Source of the DNA: Octopus sinensis
Lineage: Eukaryota
NCBI RefSeq assembly: GCF_006345805.1
Contig: NC_043007.1
Span: 22,320,001-22,384,000 of the forward strand
Length of the DNA stretch: 64,000 nt
Direction of reading: 5' to 3'
Of the stretch, positions 1-13,516 are shown in pieces; position 1 is the stretch's first letter; each line of letters opens with the position of its first letter. Position numbers and translations under genes: made by a program. Under the pieces are notes generated by a model, which worked only from the letters and a program-made list of their open reading frames with translations, did not search any database and was not told where the DNA came from.

Positions 1-403
1 AACTATCTTCCCAGTTAGCCTACCTTTGACATTGCTGCACCTCTTATGTGTCCATAGCTTACACTGGGTACATCTATATAGAGTTTCTACCTACACCTTT
101 TCTACAGATCGAGCAGGGCCATCTTCCTGAAGATATTTGTGGATTGTCTACCTTTCTACTTATTAGTACTTTGGTTTTAGCTAGGTTGACTCTAAGGCCC
201 CTTGATTCTAAACCCTCCTTCCACACCTGGAACTTCTCCTCCAGTTCTGATAGTGACTCAGCAATAAGAGCAAGGTCGTCAGCGTAGAGGAGCTCCCAGG
301 GACAGCCTGTCTTGAATTCCTCCGTAATTGCCTGGAGTACTATGATAAATAGGAGGGGGCTGAGTACTGAACCCTGGTGGACCCCAACCTCTACTTTGAA
401 TTC
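1..403 (-). mobile_element. Non-LTR retrotransposon (RTE-like) reverse transcriptase fragment with frameshift
   Basis: Minus-strand translation EFKVEVGVHQGSVLSPLLFIIVLQAITEEFKTGCPWELLYADDLALIAES...NLAKTKVL; YADD at 275..286; then CSICRKGVGRNS and, after a frameshift, CTQCKLWTHKRC. Confidence 0.9.
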
Positions 404-1040
404 TTATATATATAAAGAATTTTAGTATCTCCTCTAAGAAAATATTCAAATTCTTTGCCTCTCCCCTTTTCTTTTTTTTTTTTTTTTGTTGATATATAAA
501 TATATAAACTCCCATTCACATATATTCACCTATGCGTATACACATATCATCACCATTATTATTTTATGTCCTTTTGCTTTCCATGCTGGCCTAGGTTGAA
601 CAGGTTGTCGTCTTGGTCCAAGTCAATTCTTCTTCGGAGTCGTTGACCAATTTGACAAGTCAAACATTACATATCATTGACATGCTTTGTTTTTGTCAGG
701 ATTTCTATGGCTGGATGCTCATTCTAACACTAACCATGAAAAGAAACAAAAAAAAAAAAAGCAACCAGTACACTCAATAAAATGATAGGTATTATGAAGT
801 ACATCCAGTTGTTGAAACCATCTATTAAAGCAACTGTGCTTGAACTGGCTGTATTTTGTCAAACGAGCCAACCCATGACATCATGGAAGACGGACATTAA
901 AAGATGACAATGGTAGTGTTGTTGATGATGATGATGATGATGATGGTAATGTTGATAGTGATGGTGATGATATGTTGAGTGCACAACGCATCAAAGTCCC
1001 TTTGCAATATCTTGTTTGCCAGCTGGTATGCTACTGGCAA

Positions 1041-1422
1041 GTGGAGGCACAATGGCCCAGTGGTTAGGGCAGCAGACTCGCGGTCATAGGATCGCAGTTT
1101 CGATTCCCAGACCGGGCGTTGTGAGTGTTTATTGAGCGAAAACACCTAAAAAGCTCCACGAGGCTCCGGCAGGAGGTGGTGGTGATCCCTGCTGTACTCT
1201 TTCACCACAACTTTCTCTCACTCTTACTTCCTGTTTCTGTTGTACCTGTATTTCAAAGGGCCGGCCTTGTCACTCTCTGTGTCATGCTGAATATCCCCGA
1301 GAACTACGTTAAGGGTACACGTTTCTGTGGAGTGCTCAGCCACTTACACGTTAATTTCACGAGCAGGCTGTTCCGTTGATTCGGATCAACCGGAACCCTC
1401 GTCGTCATAACCAATGGAGTGC
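1041..1422 (+). mobile_element. tRNA-derived SINE, family with GGCCCAGTGGTTAG head (other copies 8235-8540 -, 11750-12050 -, 34345-34645 +)
   Basis: A-box tggcccagtgg and B-box gtttcgattcc followed by a non-tRNA body shared among dispersed copies. Confidence 0.85.
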
Positions 1423-1663
1423 TTCCTTTTTAGCGACTGGCAACAACTGAAATACTTCGACACTTACTGATGGACTTCCCTAAGCATATCATTGTTTTTT
1501 AATTACATTGCAAATTAATTGTTTTTTCATGTTACAAGGTGGGATTTGAACCCAGTATGCACAGAATTGAAATGAATGCTTTAGGCATCTCATCTGATCC
1601 TCTAATATTCTGCTAATTTACACCTTCGACTGGTGCTTTATTAGTATATACATATATGTGTAT

Positions 1664-1894
1664 AAGGCGGCGAGCTGGCAGAAACGTTAGCACGCCGGGC
1701 GAAATGCTTTGGGGTATTTCGTCTGTCGTTACGTTCTGAGTTCAAATTCTGCCGAGGTCGACTTTGCCTTTCATCCTCTCGGGGTCGATAAATAAAGCAC
1801 CAGTTTCGCACTGGGTCGATGTAATCGACTTAATCCCCTTGTCTGTCCTTGTTTGTCCCCTCTATGTTTAGCCCCTTGTGGGTAGTAAAGAAAT
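1664..1894 (+). mobile_element. SINE family with GGCGAGCTGGCAGA head (other copies 32976-33150, 33306-33535, 45020-45250 +; 41275-41525, 44150-44545 -)
   Basis: Multiple closely similar dispersed copies with B-box-like gagttcaaattcc. Confidence 0.85.
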
Positions 1895-2682
1895 ATATAT
1901 ACATATGTGTGTGACTTTGTAGATCATTCTGTTACTAAGTGAAGAAATACCATTAGTAGGCTTGGTAGGGTCTCCATTTATCAGCATTTTATTATTGTTG
2001 CTGTGTCTGTGGCAAAAATGCTTAATCCTTTACCATTTAGATTACTCTATCAAATACTATGCTTATTTATTCGCATTGGATTGAATTAATTATGCATTAT
2101 GTCATAGCTTCAAGATTTTGATGATATCATCATCATCGTCGTCATCATTTAACGTCCACCTTCCATGCTGGCATGGGTGGGACAGTTTGACAAGAGCTGG
2201 CCTGGCAGAAGCCTGCAACAGACTTCTGCAACTGTTTTGGCAGGGTTTTTACAGCTGGATGCCCTTCCAAATGCCAACCACTCAGTAGAGTAGACTTATT
2301 GCTTTTTACGTGGCACATGCCCAGACGAGGTTTTTACAGCTGGATGCCCTTCCAAATGCCAACCACTCAGTAGAGTAGACTTAGTGCTTTTTACGTGGAA
2401 CATGCCCAGACGAGATTTTTACAGCTGGATGCCCTTCCAAATGCCAACCACTTTACAGTGTGGACTGGGTGCTTTTAAGTGGCACCTTCACTGACAGGGT
2501 CACCAAGTAACTTGCAAGACAAAAAAGTTTCTTTTGAGAGGGGAAGGGGCATTAGTGGAAGGGATCTTGTGTCAGATGATGAAAGGTTATAGTGAGACAG
2601 AGAGAGCGCAACAGGTGTCTTGCTGTAGAGGAGGTACAAGTTTACTTGTTCGGAGAGAGAGAGAAAGAGTGAAAGAGAGAAA

Positions 2683-2713
<31 letters not shown>

Positions 2714-3203
2714 TACGAGAGTGAATGTTTACTTTTAAAATGTCATTGTAGGGTAGGTGTGAGAGGCCAAATATAGCTATTTTGAAGACAAAATGGGTAG
2801 AATATTTGGGCCAGATATGGCCAATTTATGTGCTAAAGGGTTAAATCTGAATTGTAGTACACTTAGTGTCAATACACAGGAGAAACTGATACGAGCAGCA
2901 GGAACTCTAAGAAAATGATTTGAGTTCTAAAGGTTTCAGGTTACACACATGCAGTTGGTTAAATGACCGCAGTCCACAGAATGGTTCCAGATACACTGTG
3001 CCGCTAATCAACACTGTTCACTCTGTTACATAGTGATTAGTCTTACAGGGTGAATTTTGATGGTTTGGACTTATACATTCTTTCCGCATGGCTGCAGGAA
3101 TGGTCCTATGGATAACAAGAAATAGATATCAGTCCAAACCGTCAAAATGCACCCTGTAAGACTAATCAGAGTTGATTGGCCAAAATTCGAAATCAACATT
3201 TAA

Positions 3204-3424
3204 CCCTTTCGTTACTAACCCGGCTGAAACCGGCTCAGGCCTTGTAGTACAAATGTCTTGTTTTCATAAGTTTTGAATTAAAATCTTCCACCAAACCTTA
3301 GTCACAATTAATGTTCCTAACACTAGATTAATGATAACCAAGTTATTTTACTAAATTCTTTGTTATATTTAAAATAATTGAGAAAAAAACAGAGAATCTC
3401 AAAATAAATACAGTAATGAAAGGG
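3204..3424. mobile_element. piggyBac-like MITE, TTAA|ccctttcgttac...gtaatgaaaggg|TTAA (copies 14679-14891, 38883-39069; partial at 18870, 32020, 37080)
   Basis: TTAA TSD and CCCTTT termini. Confidence 0.85.
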
Positions 3425-4020
3425 TTAAATGTCGCTTGCACACACCATACAAAAGCAAAACTGTGTTTAATAAAAATTCATGCTACAAACCTCCCCACTT
3501 CTTTATCTCTCTCTCTCTCTCTTTCTGTATTTCTATATATGTGTGAATGTGTGTACACAAGTTCATATATATATGTAATATGGCAGCTATTTCTAATTCA
3601 GACATTTAATCAGGACAAATTCTGTTGAATCTCATGCTTAAGTTGTCTTTAAAATACCAAAGCTTTATTATTGATGTTTCATAATAGCATGGAACTTTGG
3701 ATGGTATTACAGCTAAATAAAAGGCAATCAAGTTTTTACAAAAGACCAATATATTATGTACCATATGTTATGTAATTCTGTTAGAATTTCAAATATATGT
3801 GTTTAAATGCTGGTTTACTTTTGGGACATTTGTATAGATATTATAATCATTTGGTTCAAATAAAATAATTAAAAATAATTTTTTGTTTTCTCTCTTGTGT
3901 TTCTTTTTATTTCGTTTTTGGATTTGGTTTGCAAGATTCTTTATGTGAGTTCGTGTGTTGAAGCATATTCTGTTGTGTCTGGGGAGAGTCATTTTCTTTT
4001 TGTGCCTTATAATTTAACAC

Positions 4021-4236
4021 ACTCAACGGTAAAATTTCCACTTATTTCTTATTTTTATTTTCATAAAATTTTCGTTGCGTCTTGCAACCATATCAATAGT
4101 CTTGACCCAAGATTATTGAAAAGGTTGCAAGACGCAACAAAATAGTCTTGACCAAGATTTTTGAAAAGGTTGTAAGATGCAACAAAAATTTTAGGAAAAT
4201 AAAAATAAGAAATAAGTGGAAATTTTACCGGTGAGT
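4021..4236. mobile_element. Small foldback element with ~55-bp inverted arms and an internal duplication
   Basis: actcaacggtaaaatttccacttatttcttatttttattttc versus gaaaataaaaataagaaataagtggaaattttaccggtgagt. Confidence 0.75.
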
Positions 4237-5008
4237 TTCTTTTTATGTTTAAAAAAAAAATGGGTGGGTGGGCGGAATAATGTTTTTTAGGGATGGCCGT
4301 GTGGTTAAGATGCTTGCTTCCCAACCATATGGTCACAGGTTCAGTCTCACTGCATAGCACTTGAGTCTTCTTCTCTAGCCCCAGGCTGACCAAAACTTGT
4401 AAGTGGATAAGGTTGATGGAAGTCCTGGGGTCAATTTGCTCAACTAAAAAAGGCGGTGCTCCAGCATGGCTGCAGTTAAATGACTGAAACAAGTAAAAGA
4501 TTAAAAGAGTAAAGAGTAATGATTATACACTCATGGATTATATATATATAAATATATATACATGCACATATTAGATATACATACCTGTATACACACATAA
4601 GTATATACACATACATACCTATCATCATCATCATCATCGTTTAACGTCTGCTTTCCATGCTAGCATGGGTTGGATGATTTGACTGAGGGCTGGTGAACCG
4701 GATGGCTGCACCAGGCTTCAATCTTGATCTGACAGAGTTTCTACAGCTGGATGCCCTTCCTAACGCCAACCACTCTGAGAGTGTAGTGGGTGCTTTTATG
4801 TGCCACTGGCACAGGGGCTAGTCAGGCGGTACTGGAAACGACCTTGCTCGAATGTTTTTACACGTGCCACCGGCACAGGTGCCAGTAAGGCGATGCTGGT
4901 AACGATCACCAGGCGACACTGATACACACATATATACATATATGTACACACACACACACACACATATATACTATATATACATACATACATACATACATAC
5001 ATAGATAT

Positions 5009-5830
5009 AGGCGTAGGAGTGGCTGTGTGGTAAGTAGCTTGCTTCCGAATCACATGGTTCTGGGTTCAGTCCCACTGCGTGACACCTTGGGCAAGTGTCT
5101 TCTACTATAGCCATGGGCCAACCAAAACCTTGTGTGGATTTGTAGATGGAAACTGAAAGAAGCCCGTCGTATATATATATATGTATGTATGTATGTGTGT
5201 GTGTGTGTTTATTCCCCCCCCCCCCAACATCGCTTGACAACCGATGCTGGTGTGTTTACGTCCCCGTAACTTAGCGGTTCGGCAAAAGACACCGATAGAA
5301 TAAGTACTAGGCTTACAAAGAATAAGTCCTGGGGTTGATTTGCTCAACTAAAGGCAGTGCTCCAGCATGGTCACAGTCAAATGACTGAAACAAGTAATAA
5401 AATAAGCAATAAAATAAAAACTAAAAATAAAAAAAACTTCAGCCATTAGGCGCAGGAGTGGCTGTGTGGTAAGTAGCTTGCTAACCAACCACATGGTTCC
5501 GAGTTCAGTCCCACTGTGTGGCATCTTGGGCAAATGTCTTCTGCTATAGCCTCGGGCCGACCAAAGCCTTGTGAGTGGATTTGGTAGACGGAAACTGAAA
5601 GAAGCCTGTCGTTTATATGTATATATATATGTATGTGTGTGTCTGTGTTTGTCCCTCTAGCATTGCTTGACAACCGATGCTGGTTTGTTTACGTCCCCGT
5701 CACTTAGCAGTTCGGCAAAAAAGACTGATAGAATAAGTACTGGGCTTACAAAGAATAAGTCCCGGGGTCGATTTGCTCGACTAAAGGCGGTGCTCCAGCA
5801 TGGCCACAGTCAAATGACTGAAACAAGTAA
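5009..5830 (+). mobile_element. Two adjacent copies of the tRNA-derived SINE with an internal (AT/GT)n microsatellite (about 15 copies in the window, e.g. 9270-9630, 12340-12620, 39840-40550, 55890-56395, 59257-59650, 62285-62690)
   Basis: Head ggcgtaggagtggctgtgtggtaag with B-box ggttcagtccc; conserved tail ...aatgactgaaacaagtaaaag. Confidence 0.9.
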
Positions 5831-6385
5831 TAGAATAAAAACAAGTAAGAAAATATAAATGACTTAAACAAGTAATAAAACAAGCAATAAAATAAAAACT
5901 AAAAATAAAAAAAAACTTCAGCCATTAGTTTAATTAACTCATCAGCTCGTGAATTTCAATAATTAGAAGAAGTCAGCATTCAACGTTGAATAAATTATTT
6001 ATTTATTATTTACAAATCAAATGTCTCTTTGAGACTACACAGAACTGCATTAAAAAAATGTTACAGAATAAAAGACCTTTTTTTTTTTTTTTGGTTCACT
6101 TGTTTTCTTTTTAAGAAAAAGAAAGAAAAATTATAACTGCTATTTTGAAAAAGGAAAAAAAAAAAAACAAGAAAAAAGAAAGAAAAAGGAAAAAAAAAAA
6201 ACATCAAAGTTTTTTTCTTGGTAAGAATCCAAAAGCTGAAGTAAGGTATCAAGAAAAAAATGTCTCAAGAAGAACAAAGACCTGACAAGTAAATTGTGAA
6301 AATGAAGAGCTTTCTAACTTTCTAACGAGAAAAGAGGAAGCAAATATATTTTGAAAGGAGGAGCAGCAGAGCAGAGATTTGTGTG

Positions 6386-6441
<56 letters not shown>

Positions 6442-7697
6442 TATGTATGTATGTATATCTATATATATACATATATGTATGTGTCTTTTTACTTGTGTGA
6501 TTTTTTGCTACCCTGGTAACTATTTATCTATTTTTTCCGTGTTAATTGTTAACAAGGGAAACACACACACATCTATTTATATATATATATATGTATATAT
6601 ATATATAATTTCTCACCCTCATTTTAAATTTAAATTTAATATATTATATATATATATATATATATTTACACACACACACATATATATATATATATACATA
6701 ATATATATAATTATATCTATATATATATATGTATGCATGTGTGCGCGTGTATATATATATATATACATACATGTATGTGCGTATATATGCATAGTTAGTA
6801 GTTAATAAATTGTATGGTACACACCTGGTATACATGCATGTATGTGTGTGTTATATATAGATATATGTATAGTTAGTAGTTGATAAATTGTATGGTATAT
6901 ACCTGGTATGTATGCATGTGTGTGTATGTATATATATATATATATATACACATATATACACACACACACATATTGTTGTGGTCTTACACTTTTATTAACT
7001 AGTTAAGTTAATTTTGAAATACTACAGGAAAACTATTGACTTTCAAGGTAGTACTTAAGTTTTAAACACCAAACCCCTAACACAATTAGAAATACTGAAA
7101 GAGCTTAGTCCAAGTTCAAATAGTGAAGATATACATTTACGTTTTCATCATTTTTCAGAACAACACCATGGTGTTGAAAAAAAAACAAAAAAAAAAACAA
7201 AATTTAAAAAAAAAATTATTTATCAGAATAAGTAAGTCGTTTAATCCCAGCCCTAGATATTCACTGATTGAGCTACACCTATGACCAAAAGCATTTCAGT
7301 TATCATCACCCTGTCTTTTTCTTTCATATGTATCAAATATCTTTTTTAAGACAATATGTTATGATTTAATGAAGGTTTGGCTGCTATTTCTAGTAGGTCA
7401 AGTGACCATGTAGAAGCTCCCTTGTTGGCACAATAGAAAGATGATTGGTTGACATGGAGACGGCTAACAATTCTCGTTTGTAATGTTTTCTTCCTATTCA
7501 GACAGGACAAAGCTTTGTTTTCAACCCGACGAAGCTTAAATGTAGTTAAAAGACAACCTGGATGGAATTAAGACATTATTGCCAAGAATTAAGCAGATTT
7601 AAAGACTTAGTCTTTGATGAGGTAACAAATAATAACAATCATGATTTCTAGCATGGGTACATGGCCAGAAGTTTGGCAGGAAGATATAGTCAATTAA

Positions 7698-7916
7698 CCC
7701 TTTAGTATTTAAACCGGCCATATCCGGCCAAAATATTTCATCTGTTTTATGTTCAAACTGACCAGATCCAGGCTCTCACACCTACCCTACAATGTTATTC
7801 TACATCAAGTAATTACACCATCAAGATCTTGAAGATATGAGACAATGCATGATTAATTCAAATCAATGGGAATCAATAAGCATTATGTTTGATAGAATAA
7901 TCTGAACGCTAAAGGG
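7698..7916. mobile_element. Second piggyBac-like MITE family, TTAA|ccctttag...ctaaaggg|TTAA (copy 37602-37822; partial at 12790, 32650, 36670, 60470)
   Basis: TTAA TSD and short TIRs. Confidence 0.85.
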
Positions 7917-10392
7917 TTAAATCAACCCCAGTACATGACCGTTACTTGTTTTATCTGAGAAGGATTGAAGGCAAAGTCAAACCCAGGTGAAATCTTGGAC
8001 TGGAACACACAAGAACAAGACAACATCCTGGAAATGTATTTTGTTTACCACTCTAATGAATTTCAACAAGAACAACAGTTGCTTCTAATTTAGGCAGGAG
8101 ACAAGCAGTTTTAAAGGGAGGGGGCTTAATGCTATCAACCCCAGTAGCCAACTGGTATTGGTAGTAAAGGAGTGAGAAAAGTACTGAGGCTGCAGGATTT
8201 TGGAAAGAAGTTTAATAAATGCAGATACAAGCATGTTTGTTTGTTTGTTTGTTCCTTCTCGAGCCATGCCTGGCTCATAAGGGCCGGTTTCCCGGTTTCC
8301 TTGGCGTATAGGTTCCCCACCTGGACGGGACGCCGGTCCGTCACAGGTGAGCTGCAAGATGCAGGAAGAAAGAGTGAGAGAAAGTTGTGGCGAAAGAGTC
8401 AGCAGAAGTTTCACCATTACCTTCTGCAGGAGCCGCGTGGAGCTTAGGTGTTTCGCTCATAAACACACACATCGCCCGGTCTGAAATTCGAACCCGTGAT
8501 CCCTCGACCACGAGTCCACTGCTCTAACCACTGGGCCATGTGCAGATACGGGCATATGTATGTGATTAGTTTTGCTGCGAATTTAGGCTCTCAAAAAGTC
8601 ATTTTGGCAACTGAGGACGGGGATTAAACCAGGCTCCATCATTTTTACCAAACAAATCATCAAGCTCCACTCGGCTTTCTTTACAAGATGCCAAGCTTTA
8701 CGTCACGAGACACAACTTGTTGAAACTTGTAACAGCATGTGTTTAGAACTAACTCATTTACATAATGGTACAAAATCAACAACAGATGATAATCACTGGT
8801 TTAATATATCATGGACTATGAATAGATATACAGAGTCCTGTCCATCTGTATTTAGTTTTCACTGTGAAATGAGGGCCTTTGGAAAATATACAGACTAAGA
8901 AACAAAGGCAGAAGTATTCCTTAGTTTTGCTGTGGCAGATAATGATTTTAATCATTGGGATGGATATTATATTCCTGTAGAGTAACACAAAATCATCACC
9001 ATCATCATTTAACGTCTGTTTTCCATGCTGGCATGGGTTAGACAGCTTGACAGAAAATGGCAAGGCCAGCGCCACACCAGCGTCCATAGTCTATTTTGGC
9101 TGGATGTCCTTCGTAACATCAACCACTCATAAAGTGTACTGGGTGCTTTTTATGTGGTACAAGCACCCAAAATCAAAGAATTGCTGTCAGGTTTTATGAA
9201 TGGAACAGTGCCATGTTGAGGGCCCAAAATCTCGACCACATGCTGCCTCCAAACATTTAGCTATATTTACTCTCTTTTACTTGTTTCAGACATTTGACCG
9301 CCTTTAGTCGAGCTAATCGACCCCAGGACTTATTCTTTGTAAGCCTAGTATTTATTCTATCGGTCTCTTTTGCCGAACCGCCAAGTTACAGGAACACCAG
9401 CATCGGTTGTCAAGCTATGTTGGGGGGACAAACACAGACACACAAACATATACACATACATATATACGACGGGCTTCTTTCAGTTTCCGTCTACCAAATC
9501 CACTCACAAGGCTTTGGTCGGCCCAAGGCTATAGTAGAAGACACTTGCCCAAGGTACCACGCAGTGGGACTGAACCTGGAACCATGTGGTTGGTAAGCAA
9601 GCTACTTACCACACAGCCACTCTTGCGCCTATAATAAGTACTTGGAAAATAGATAACATAGCTAACTTCAGTAAACTAGAAGGAATAGCACTGCATAATT
9701 AATATCTGTTACATTAGCATCATAAGCCAGTAAATGTAATGTGGGCCATAACAGAAATGTTCCGTATAGTCTGTTATCGTGCTTCAACCAATTCTGTCAC
9801 CATCAAGAAGAAGAAAATTTTAGATCAAATTAGTTCCTTGGGTTTGCATAGGTTTGGTGTAAGAAACTTAAAGAACTACTCATCAAAATTGCTCTATGTC
9901 TATTTTGAAATTTAAACCATGTAAAAAGGAATATCAAAGAGTTAAAAACAATTTCATTAAAAACAACGCATCAAAACACTTGTCTATTTTTTTTAAAGTT
10001 CTGCTTTTTTTCCGTTTTGTTTTGTATGATTTTTTAGTTTTTTTACTATTTACAAATTTGGCAGATTGATCAAATGTTTTTTTGTAAACCTTCCCTTACT
10101 ATTTTTTTTTTTTTGGTTTTTAGTGGTTTTACTTTGCATAAATTCGTTTTAATTTTTTATTTTTATTTGGAAAAATAAGCTGAAAGAAAAAGGAGCAAAT
10201 CATTCAAGAGAATTTACTGCATATATATATATATATCTATACTGTAAGAAATATAAACTATATTTGATAAGTAGTCTAGACAGATCTAGGACAATTCTTT
10301 GAAAATATTTGTTAATCAGAAATTCCAATATTTTTAAAAATTCAAATATCCAAGTGATTATATAAACATGTGTGTATGTGTGTTAATTATTA

Positions 10393-10797
10393 TATTCCTA
10401 AGATTGCCCTGTTTGGTGAACTCTACACCGGCCACCGAGTGAGAGGAGCTCCGAGGAAGCGCTACAAAGACTGCCTCAAGAAGTCTCTAACAGCATGTCA
10501 TATTAACCACCAATGCTGGTCAGACCCGGCTGTGGACCGTGATGTCTGGCACCACACGATCTTCAACGCAGTCAGCAAGTTTGAGGAACAAAGAAGAGAC
10601 GCGCTTAAAGACAAGAGACGCAGGAGGAAGGCGCGAGCTGCCTCCGACACCACACTGGATGTTACCTTCGTCTGTGGACACTGCTCACAGACCTGCATTT
10701 CCCATAACGGACTTGTCAGTCATGAGCGTGCATGCACGCGGCGTGGACAGTCTTCTTGATCTTCGTTTGCGAAGCCGAGCCATGATGATGATGATTA
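10393..10797 (+). mobile_element. 5'-truncated RTE-clade LINE (C-terminal ORF end, C2H2 finger, (ATG)n tail)
   Basis: IPKIALFGEL...RGAPRKRYKDCLK...CGHCSQTCISHNGLVSHERAC followed by a gatgatgat tail. Confidence 0.88.
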
Positions 10798-13182
10798 TGT
10801 ATATACTCAGGTGGACACAAAAGTATGCTTTTCACATGTAACAGTTTCACTCATTGTAATTGTACAACGTAGGAAAAGATATGTCTATCATTAAACCAAT
10901 TATCCAGGTAATTCAATTTTTATAACTTACTAGCAGCTAAGCCCATTTTCACCTGGTCTGTTGGGATGATGTGGCTGTGATCGTTTTCGGTTAGGCATAT
11001 GTGAATGAAAACTAAGTTCAGACCTGTACATGGTAGCTAGACCTGGTAGAAATAGCAGCCAAATCTCCCTCAAAACACCCTACTCTCTTAGTCTGACAAT
11101 TCTGCCTATTATGTAGTTTGAATGAGAAACTGTAACTAAAGATTAAGATTATTAACCCCTCAAAGAAGTGAAAGAAGATAGCATAGTGAAAGTTTTGGCT
11201 GACTGTCATCCTGTACTCCCTTTGTTGCTAATGAAATGGTATATGCTGGCTGTGTGAGCAACAGGTTGTTTTAATGGCAGAACAAACAGGGGAATTCCAT
11301 TAGAAAATGTTATAATCGATTTTCTCAATAAGTATGGGGGCTAGGAAAAAAATACAAACTGTATTCCAATCTATGCACCCAACTCCACATGTGTGCCATT
11401 TTTTACTCGAATCCACACAGCCATTTGGGTGTGAACCTCAAGACAAGAAAGAATACAATGATTACCCATGTCCAATTTATATTATAGATAAACAAAATTA
11501 CGACCCATTTCTGCCAGATGTAGAAATAAGTATACATTACATTTCAAAGGTTTATTTTCATTATATTTAGTATAGTAAATATTATTTACAAATTTTTTAA
11601 GGTACCAGTTTGATGAGATGGGCCAGAATTGTCAAGTTAAAGGAATTAAAATCCATCTTCTTGTTAGTCTTCTAAAAAATTACATGAAACTCCAATGTTT
11701 GTATCAAGCATGCTTTTAGTTTATTGTGTATACATACGATAAACGTCACCCTTTTCAAGCCTAGCCAGGCTCATGGGTCCGGTTTTCTGGTTTCTGTGGC
11801 ATATGTGTTCCCCCCAGCTAGACGGGATGCCAGTCCTTCGCAGCATTACTCAAGAAACAGGAAGAGAGAGTGAGAGAAAGTTGTGGCGAAAGAGAACAAC
11901 AGGGGTCACCACCACCCCCTGCCGGAGCCTTGTGGTACTTTTAGGTGTTTTTGCTCAATAAACACATACAATGTCTGGTCTGGGAATCGAAACCATGATC
12001 CTCTGACCGTGAGTCCACTGCCCTAACCACTGGGCCATTGCGCCTCCACAATTATGTATACATACATGTTCTTATCTTTTTTTTTCTTTACTTGTTTCAG
12101 TGATCTGACTGAGGCACCGTGAAAGATTTTAGTTGAATAAATTGACCCTAGGATGTTTTTTTTTTAAAGCCTAGTACTTATTTAATCAGTCTCTTTTGCC
12201 AAACTGTTAAGAACTCCAGTCAAGTGATGACATTGCATTTTCTCACATTTGTCCAATCCTTGACCAACACTGCAGCAGAATGGCATGCAGTATTGTCCTA
12301 CACAACTGCCAAGTAAACAGAATATTTTCATCAAAATATACTCTTTTATTCTTTTACTTGTTTCAGTCATCTGCGGCCAGGACTTATTCTTTGTAAGCCT
12401 AGTACTTATTCTATCGGTCTCCTTTGCCGAACTGCTAAGTTACAGGGAGGGGGGACAAACACAGACACACAAACATATACATTATATCCAAATCCACCCA
12501 CAAGGATTTTGTCAGCCCAAGGCTATAGTAAAAGACACTTGCTCAAGGTGTCACGCAGTGGGACTGAACCTGTGGTTGGTAAGCAAGCTACTTACCACAC
12601 AGCCACTCCTGTGCCTATATATATATATATAGCTGTAAATGATGTTTGACGTAACTTTTATGGTTCATACTGCCAACAATTTGGAACAAGGAGACCAACC
12701 CCTTTGGATGAGAAATTCATCTCAGATCATTGCCAAAATTCTGCTATGTTTAATTTTTTTTGGTTGGGGTGAGGATTTAAATTGGCTATATCAGTCCAAA
12801 TGTTCTACCTGTTTAAAGTTAAAACTAGCTAGATCTAGCCTCTCGCAAGTACCTTACAATGTTATTCTAAAAATAAAGTCATATCATCAAAATCTCAAGG
12901 TTATGAGATAACGCATGATTAATTGAAAACAATGTGAATAGATAAGCATTATATTTGACAGATTAATCTGAATGTTGAAGGGTTAAACAAGGATTTATAT
13001 AATCCTGTGCATAGCCAAGTGCATTAGACATTAACACAAACACTAGAATTTCATGTCATTTCTTTGGAGATTAACATGGAGGATAAATTTTAATTTCTTC
13101 AACTTGACAATTTGATCAAACTGATATTTCCTTACAACTATGGAAAGAGAATAGAATTATGAATAATATATAACCAATGTTG

Positions 13183-13516
13183 CTCAGTGGTTAGAGCATT
13201 GGGCTTACAATCATGAGGTAGTGAGTTCGATTCCCAGACCAGGCTGTGTGTTGTGTTCTTGAGTAAGACACTTTATTTCACTTTATTTATATGGCTCCAG
13301 TTCACCAATCTGTAGAAATGAGTTGCAACGTCACTAGTGCCAAGCTGTATCAGTCTTTGCCTTTCCCTTGGACAACATCAGTGGCATGGAGAGGAGTGGC
13401 TGGTATGCATGGGCGACTGCTGGTCACCCATAAACAACTTTGCCCACACTTGTGCCTTGGAGGATAATTTTCTAGGTACAATCCCATGGTCATTCATGAC
13501 CGAAGGGGGTCTTTAT
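13183..13516 (+). mobile_element. tRNA-derived SINE (a related degenerate head starts at 13820)
   Basis: ctcagtggttagagca...gagttcgattccc head followed by a repeat body. Confidence 0.7.

Noticed and set aside
1041-1115. tRNA-like sequences (also near 5010, 8470-8540, 13183, 26030-26095, 34350)
   Set aside because: They continue into shared repeat bodies and lack a clean cloverleaf; these are SINE heads, not tRNA genes.
10929-10960. Second possible Helitron 3' end (actagcagctaagccc...)
   Set aside because: The subterminal hairpin is not intact and no body could be assigned.
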